Assembly (NCBI GenBank): GCA_964016885.1
Contig: OZ024743.1
Span: 223,944,001-224,008,000, forward strand
Reading direction: 5' to 3'
From: Eledone cirrhosa
Lineage: Eukaryota
DNA: 64,000 nt
Part shown: positions 56,501-64,000 of the stretch, in pieces
Layout of the letters: each line of letters starts with the position of its first letter
Numbering within the stretch: position 1 is the first letter of the stretch
Made by a program: the position numbers and the translations under genes
The notes under the pieces: generated by a model
Seen by the model: only the letters and a program-made list of their open reading frames with translations
Told to the model about the DNA's origin: nothing
Databases searched by the model: none

Positions 56501-59500
56501 ATATTGCTGTTGTTGTTGTTATTGGTGTTGATATTGCTGTTGTTGTCATTGTTATTGGTGTTGATATTGTTGTTGTTGTCATTGTTATTGGTGGTGATAT
56601 TGTTGTTGTTGTCGTTGTTATTGGTGTTGATATTGCGGTTGTTGTCATTGTTATTGGTGTTGATATTGCTGTTGTTGTCATTGTTATTGGTGTTGATATT
56701 GTTGTTGTTATCATTGTTATTGGTGTTGATATTGCTGTTGTTGTCATTGTTATTGGTGTTGATATTGCTTTTGTTGTCATTGTTATTGGTGTTGATATTG
56801 CTGTTGTTGTCGTTGTTATTGGTGTTGATATTGTTGTTGTTGTCATTGTTATTGGTGTTGATATTGTTGTTGTTGTCGTTGTTATTGGTGTCGATATTGT
56901 TGTTGTTGTCATTGTTATAGGTGGTGATATTGTCGTTGTTGTCGTTGTTATCGGTGGTGATATTGTTGTTGTTGTCGTTGTTATTGGTGTTGATATTGCT
57001 GTTGTTGTCATTGTTATTGGTGGTGATATTGTTGTTGTTGTCATTGTTATTGGTGTTGATATTGTTGTTGTTGTCGTTGTTATTGGTGTTGATATTGCTG
57101 TTGTTGTCATTGTTATTGTTGTTGATATTGCTGTTGTTGTCATTGTTATTGGTGGTGATATTGTTGTTGTTGTCGTTGTTATTGGTGTTGATATTGCTGT
57201 TGTTGTCATTGTTATTGGTGGTGATATTGTTGTTGTTGTCATTGTTATTGGTGTTGATATTGTTGTTGTTGTCGTTGTTATTGGTGTTGATATTGCTGTT
57301 GTTGTCATTGTTATTGGTGTTGATATTGCTGTTGTTGTCGTTGTTATTGGTGTTGATATTGCTGTTGTTGTCATTGTTATTGGTGTTGATATTGTTGTTG
57401 TTGTCGTTGTTATTGGTGTTGATATTGCTGTTGTTGTCATTGTTATTGGTGTTGATATTGCTGTTGTTGTCGTTGTTATTGGTGGTGATATTGCTGTTGT
57501 TTTCATTGTTATTTGTGTTGATATTGTTGTTGTTGTCGTTGTTATTGGTGTTGATATTGCTGTTGTTGTCATTGTTATTGGTGTTGATATTGCTGTTGTT
57601 GTCATTGTTATTGGTGGTGATATTGTTGTTGTTGTCATTGTTATTGGTGTTGATATTGTTGTTGTTGTCGTTGTTATTGGTGTTGATATTGCTGTTGTTG
57701 TCATTGTTATTGGTGGTGATATAGGCTGTTGTTGTCGTTGTTATTGGTGTTGATATTGCTGTTGTTGTCATTGTTATTGGTGTTGATATTGCTGTTGTTG
57801 TCGTTGTTATTGGTGTTGATATTGTTGTTGTTGTCATTGTTATTGGTGTTTATATTGCTGTTGTTGTCATTGTTATTGGTGGTGATATTGCTGTTGTTGT
57901 CATTGTTATTGGTGTTGATATTGTTGTTGTTGTCATTGTTATTGGTGTTGATATTGTTGTCATTGTTATTGGTGTTGATATTGTTGTTGTTGTCATTGTT
58001 ATTGGTGGTGATATTGCTGTTGTTGTCATTGTTATTGGTGGTGATATTGCTGTTGTTGTCATTGTTATTGGTGTTGATATTGTTGTTGTTGTCGTTGTTA
58101 TTGGTGTTGATATTGTTGTTGTTGTTGTAGTTGTTATTGGTGGTGATATTGCTGTTGTTGTCATTGTTATTGATGTTGATATTGCTGTTGTTGTCGTTGT
58201 TATTGGTGTTGATATTGCAGTTGTTGTCATTGTTATTGGTATTGATATTGCTGTTGTCATTGTTATTGGTGGTGATATTGCTGTTGTTGTCGTTGTTTTT
58301 GGTGTTGATATTGCTGTTGGTGTCATTGTTTTGGTGGTGATATTGCTGTTGTTGTCATTGTTTTGGTGGTGATATTGCTTTTGTTGTCGTTGTTATTGGT
58401 GTTGATATTGCGGTTGTTGTCATTGTTATTGGTGTTGATATTGCTGTTGTTGTCATTGTTATTGGTGTTGATATTGTTGTTGTTATCATTGTTATTGGTG
58501 TTGATATTGCTGTTTTTGTCATTGTTATTGGTGTTGATATTGCTTTTGTTGTCATTGTTATTGGTGTTGATATTGCTGTTGTTGTCGTTGTTATTGGTGT
58601 TGATATTGTTGTTGTTGTCGTTGTTAGTGGTGTTGATATTGTTGTTGTTGTCGTTGTTATTGGTGTTGATATTGTTGTTGTTGTCATTGTTATTGGTGTT
58701 GATATTGCTGTTGTTGTCGTTGTTATTGGTGTTGATATTGTTGTTGTTGTCGTTGTTATTGGTGTTGATATTGTTGTTGTTATCATTGTTATTGGTGTTG
58801 ATATTGCTGTTTTTGTCATTGTTATTGGTGTTGATATTGCTTTTGTTGTCGTTGTTATTGGTGTTGATATTGCTGTTGTTGTCGTTCTTATTGGTGGTGA
58901 TATTGTTGTCGTTGTCGTTGTTAGTGGTGTTGATATTGTTGTTGTTGTCGTTGTTATTGATGTTGATATTGCTGTTTTTGTCATTGTTATTGGTGTTGAT
59001 ATTGCTGTTGTTGTCATTGTTATTGGTGTTGATATTGCTGTTGTTGTCATTGTTATTGGTGTTGATATTGCTGTTGTTGTTGTTATTGGTGTTGATATTG
59101 CTGTTGTTGTCATTGTTATTGGTGTTGATATTGCTGTTGTTGTCATTGTTATTGGTGGTGATATTGTTGTTGTCATTGTTATTGGTGTTGTCATTGTTAT
59201 TGGTGGCAATATTGTTGTTGTTGTCATTGTTATAGGTGGTGATATTGTTGTTGTTGTCATTGTTATTGGTGTTGATATTGCTGTTGTTGTCGTTGTTATT
59301 GGTGTTGATATTACTGTTGTTGTTGTTATTGGTGTTGATATTGCTGTTGTTGTCGTTGTTATTGGTGGTGATATTGTTGTTGTCATTGTTATTGGTGGCA
59401 ATATTGCTGTTGTTGTCGTTGTTATTGGTGTTGATATTGCTGTTGTTGTCATTGTTATTGGTGTTGATATTGCTGTTGTTGTCACTGTTATTGGTGTTGA

Positions 59501-61320
59501 TATTGCTGTTGTTGTCACTGTTATTGGTGTTGATATTGCTGTTGTTGTCACTGTTATTGGTGTTGATATTGCTGTTTTTGTCGTTGTTATTGGTGTTGAT
59601 ATTGTTGTTGTTGTCATTGTTATTGGTGTTGATATTGTTGTTGTTGTCACTGTTATTGGTGTTGATATTGCTGTTTTTGTCGTTGTTATTGGTGTTGATA
59701 TTGTTGTTGTTGTCATTGTTATTGGTGTTGATATTGTTGTTGTTGTCGTTGTTATTGGTGTTGATATTGTTGTTGTTGTCATTGTTATAGGTGGTGATAT
59801 TGTTGTTGTTGTCGTTGTTATTGGTGGTGATATTGTTGTTGTTGTCGTTGTTATTGGTGTTGATATTGTTGTTGTCATTGTTATTGGTATTGATATTGTT
59901 GTTGTTATCATTGTTATTGGTGTTGATATTGTTGATGTTGTCGTTGTTATTGGTGTTGATATTACTGTTGTTGTCGTTGTTATTGGTGGTGATATTGCTG
60001 TTGTTTTCATTGTTATTGGTGTTGATATTGCTGTTGTTGTCATTGTTATTGGTGTTGATATTGTTGTTGTTGTCGTTGTTATTGGTGTTGATATTGCTGT
60101 TGTTGTCATTGTTATTGGTGTTGATATTGCTGTTGTTGTCATTGTTATTGGTGGTGATATTGCTGTTGTTGTCATTGTTATTGGTGGTGATATTGTTGTT
60201 GTTGTCATTGTTATTGGTGTTGATATTGCTGTTGTTGTCATTGTTATTGGTGTTGATATTGCTGTTGTTGTCATTGTTATTGGTGTTGATATTGTTGATG
60301 TTGTCATTGTTATTGGTGTTGATATTGCTGTTGTTGTCATTGTTATTGGTGTTGATATTGTTGATGTTGTCATTGTTATTGGTGTTGATATTGCTGTTGT
60401 TGTCATTGTTATTGGTGTTGATATTGTTGTTGTTGTCATTGTTATTGGTGGTGATATTGCTGTTGTTGTCATTGTTATTGGTGGTGATATTGTTGATGTT
60501 GTCGTTGTTATTGGTGGTGATATGACTGTTGTTGTCATTGTTATTGGTGGTGATATTGTTGTTGTTGTCGTTGTTATTGGTGTTGATATTGCTGTTGTTG
60601 TCGTTGTTATTGGTGGTGATATTGTTGATGTTGTCGTTGTTATTGGTGTTGATATTGCTGTTGTTGTCATTGTTATTGGTGTTGATATTGCTGTTGTTGT
60701 CATTGTTATTGGTGGTGATATTGTTGTTGTTGTCGTTGTTATTGGTGTTGATATTGCTGTTGTTGTCGTTGTTATTGGTGGTGATATTGCTGTTGTTTTC
60801 ATTGTTATTGGTGTTGATATTACTGTTGTTGTCGTTGTTATTGGTGGTGATATTGCTGTTGTTGTCGTTGTTATTGGTGTTGATATTGCTGTTGTTTTCA
60901 TTGTTATTGGTGTTGATATTGCTGTTGTTGTCATTGTTATTGGTGGTGATATTGTTGTTGTTGTCATTGTTGTTGGTGGTGATATTGTTGATGTTGTCGT
61001 TGTTATTGGTGTTGATATTACTGTTGTTGTCGTTGTTATTGGTGGTGATATTGCTGTTGTTTTCATTGTTATTGGTGTTGATATTGCTGTTGTTGTCATT
61101 GTTATTGGTGGTGATATTGTTGTTGTTGTCGTTGTTATTGGTGTTGGTATTGCGGTTGTTGTCATTGTTATTGGTGCTGATATTGTTGTTGTTGTAGTTG
61201 TTATTGGTGGTGATATTGTTGTTGTTGTCGTTGTTATTGGTGTTGGTATTGCGGTTGTTGTCATTGTTATTGGTGCTGATATTGTTGTTTTTGTCATTGT
61301 TATTGGTGTTGATATTGCTG
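48750..61320. repeat. Tandem higher-order duplication of ~6.2-6.7 kb (offsets 6657 to 6249 bp)
   Basis: GGTGGTTGAT at ~49341/55998. Double ATTGTTTTGG at ~52076-52115 and ~58325-58364. GATATGACT at ~54123/60519. 290-aa ORFs at 52114/58363 and 244-aa ORFs at 53395/59791. Confidence 0.88.
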
Positions 61321-64000
61321 TTGTTGTAATTGTTATTGGTGTTGATATTGCTGTTGTTGTCGTTGTTATTGGTGTTGATATTGCTGTTGTTGTCCTTGTT
61401 ATTGGTGTTGATATTGCGGTTGTTGTCATTGTTATTGGTGGTGATATTGTTGTTGTTGTCATTGTTATTGGTGTTGATATTGCTGTTGTTGTCATTGTTA
61501 TTGGTGGTGATATTGCTGTTGTTGTCATTGTTATTGGTGTTGATATTGTTGTTGTTGTCATTGTTATTGGTGGTGATATTGCTGTTGTTGTCATTGTTAT
61601 TGGTGTTGATATTGCTGTTGTTGTCATTGTTATTGGTGGTGATATTGCTGTTATTGTCATTGTTATTGGTGTTGATATTGTTGTTGTTGTCATTGTTATT
61701 GGTGGTGATATTGCTGTTGTTGTCATTGTTATTGGTGTTGATATTGATGTTGTTGTCGTTGTTATTGGTGGTGATATTGTTGTTGTTGTCGTTGTTATTG
61801 GTGTTGATATTGTTGTTGTTGTCGTTGTTATTGATGTTGTTATTGCTGTTGTTGTCGTTGTTATTGGTGGTGATATTGCTGTTGTTGTCATTGTTATTGG
61901 TGTTGATATTGCTGTTGTTGTCATTGTTATTGGTGGTGATATTGTTGTTGTTGTCATTGTTATAGGTGGTGATATTGTTGTTGTTGTCATTGTTATAGGT
62001 GGTGATATTGTTGTTGTTGTCATTGTTATTGGTGTTGATATTGCTGTTTTTGTCATTGTTATTGGTGGTGATATTGTTGTTGTTGTCATTGTTATTGGTG
62101 GTGATATTGTTGTTGTTGTCATTGTTATTGGTGGTGATATTGTTGTTGTTGTCATTGTTATTGGTGTTGATATTGCTGTTGTTGTCATTGTTATTGGTGT
62201 TGATATTGCTGTTGTTGTCATTGTTATTGGTGTTGATATTGCTGTTTTTGTCATTGTTATTGGTGGTGATATTGCTGTTGTTGTCATTGTTATTGGTGTT
62301 GATATTGTTGTTGTTGTCATTGTTATAGGTGGTGATATTGTTGTTGTTGTAATTGTTATTGGTGGTGATATTGCTGTTGTTGTCATTGTTATTGGTGGTG
62401 ATATTGTTGTTGTTGTCGTTGTTATAGGTGTTGATATTGCGGTTGTTGTCATTGTTATTGGTGTTGATATTGCTGTTGTTGTCGTTGTTATTGGTGGTGA
62501 TATTGCTGTTGTTGTCGTTGTTATTGCTGGTGATATTGTTGTTGTTGTCGTTGTTATAGGTGTTGATATTGCGGTTGTTGTCATTGTTATTGGTGTTGAT
62601 ATTGCTGTTGTTGTCGTTGTTATTGGTGGTGATATTGCTGTTGTTGTCATTGTTATTGGTGGTGATATTGTTGTTGTTGTCGTTGTTATAGGTGTTGATA
62701 TTGCTGTTGTTGTCATTGTTATTGGTGGTGATATTGCTGTTGTTGACTTTGTTATTGCTGGTGATATTGTTGTTGTTGTCATTGTTATTGGTGTTGATAT
62801 TGCAGTTGTTGTCGTTGTTATTGGTGTTGATATTGCTATTGTTGTCGTTGTTATTGGTGTTGATATTGCTGTTGTTGTCGTTGTTATTGGTGGTGATATT
62901 GCTGTTGTTGTCATTGTTATTGGTGGTGATATTGTTGTTGTTGTCGTTGTTATAGGTGTTGATATTGCTGTTGTTGTCATTGTTATTGGTGTTGATATTG
63001 TTGTTGTTGTCATTGTTATTGGTGTTGATATTGCTGTTGTTGTCGTTGTTATTGCTGGTGATATTGTTGTTGTTGTCATTGTTATTGGTGTTGATATTGC
63101 TGTTGTTGTCGTTGTTATTGGTGTTGATATTGCTGTTGTTGTCGTTGTTATTGGTGGTGATATTGCTGTTGTTGTCGTTGTTATTGGTGTTGATATTGCT
63201 GTTGTTGTCATTGTTATTGGTGGTGATATTGCTGTTGTTGTCGTTGTTATTGGTGTTGATATTGCTGTTGTTGTCATTGTTATTGGTGTTGATATTGCTG
63301 TTGTTGTCGTTGTTATTGGTGTTGATATTGCTGTTGTTGTCATTGTTATTGGTGGTGATATTGCTGTTGTTGTCGTTGTTATTGGTGTTGATATTGCTGT
63401 TGTTGTCATTGTTATTGGTGTTGATATTGTTGTTGTTGTCATTGTTATTGGTGGTGATATTGTTGTTGTTGTCGTTGTTATTGGTGTTGATATTACGGTT
63501 GTTGTCATTGTTATTGGTGTTGATATTGCTGTTGTTGTCATTGTTATTGGTGTTGATATTGTTGTTGTTATCATTGTTATTGGTGTTGATATTGCTGTTG
63601 TTGTCATTGTTATTGGTGTTGATATTGCTGTTGTTGTCATTGTTATTGGTGTTGATATTGCTGTTGTTGTCATTGTTATTGGTGTTGATATTGCTGTTGT
63701 TGTCCTTGTTATTGGTGTTGATATTGCTGTTGTTGTCATTGTTATTGGTGTTGATATTGCTTATGTTGTCATTGTTATTGGTGTTGATATTGCTGTTGTT
63801 GTCGTTGTTATTGGTGTTGATATTGTTGTTGTTGTCATTGTTATTGGTGTTGATATTGTTGTTGTTGTTGTCGTTGTTATTGGTGTTGTTATTGTTGTTG
63901 TTGTCATTGTTATAGGTGGTGATATTGTCGTTGTTGTCGTTGTTATTGGTGGTGATATTGTTGTTGTTGTCGTTGTTATTGGTGTTGATATTGCTGTTGT

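Larger units (their letters stand above)
1..64000. repeat. 33-bp tandem repeat array (satellite/giant minisatellite), ~1,940 units, consensus GGTGTTGATATTGCTGTTGTTGTCATTGTTATT, truncated at both window ends
   Basis: Read directly: the motif ATTGGTG(T/G)TGATATTG(C/T)TGTTGTTGTC(A/G)TTGTT recurs every 33 bp from first to last base in one orientation. All track ORFs show an 11-aa period. Copy number is 64000/33. Confidence 0.99.

Noticed and set aside
16543-57837. Chimeric Thr-rich/Asn-rich giant ORFs suggesting two-domain proteins or programmed frameshifting
   Set aside because: The switches coincide with single-base indels in the array and occur in both directions. No slippery site or stimulatory structure is evident.
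1-63915. Numerous poly-Leu ORFs resembling signal peptides or TM helices
   Set aside because: They are an alternative frame of the same repeat, with GTG/TTG pseudo-starts and frequent TAG/TGA stops from rare variants.
1-64000. CRISPR array (33-bp repeat length)
   Set aside because: Units are directly adjacent with no unique spacers, no palindrome, no leader and no cas genes.
1-64000. Diversity-generating retroelement template (AAC/AAT-rich minus strand)
   Set aside because: There is no reverse transcriptase and no TR/VR pair, and variation is not confined to adenines of one strand.
1-64000. Telomerase-synthesised telomeric repeat or G-quadruplex array
   Set aside because: The G/T skew is telomere-like, but kb-scale duplicated variant patterns indicate recombinational copying rather than templated addition. 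There are no GGG runs. A subtelomeric location remains possible.
1-64000. Cys-rich (C*YCCCCHCYW) or Gln-rich (*Q*QQQQYQHQ) third frames under stop-codon recoding
   Set aside because: These need read-through in nearly every unit, nothing here supports an alternative code, and the frameshifts would remain.
1-64000. Antifreeze or ice-binding protein (11-aa Thr periodicity)
   Set aside because: It is not Ala-rich like type I AFP and has no Thr-Ala-Ala or regular TxT pattern. Only the period length matches.

Overview
The whole 64-kb window is one uninterrupted head-to-tail tandem array of a 33-bp unit, consensus GGTGTTGATATTGCTGTTGTTGTCATTGTTATT (about 1,940 copies). The array extends beyond both window edges, and I found no unique sequence, inversion or inserted element. 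The unit is a degenerate (GTT)n/(AAC)n triplet repeat with extreme strand bias (consensus + strand: 18 T, 9 G, 4 A, 2 C). All ORFs in the track are translations of this unit: + GVDIAVVVIVI, + VLILLLLSLLL, - ITMTTTAISTP (mucin-like) and - NNNDNNSNINT (Asn-rich). None can be supported as a gene. The mucin-like frame is broken by about 30 TAA stops, and all frames are broken by +1/-1 indels that are copied between duplicated blocks. The informative structure is in the variants. Three common biallelic positions and many rare marker variants reveal nested higher-order duplications from 66 bp to 7.8 kb, and two variant subfamilies meet at about 28.6-30 kb. The best reading is a eukaryotic-type satellite or giant minisatellite; a decayed or mis-assembled repeat-protein exon cannot be fully excluded. 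I found no evidence for a multi-gene system, CRISPR array, RNA gene or mobile element. The organism cannot be determined from this window.
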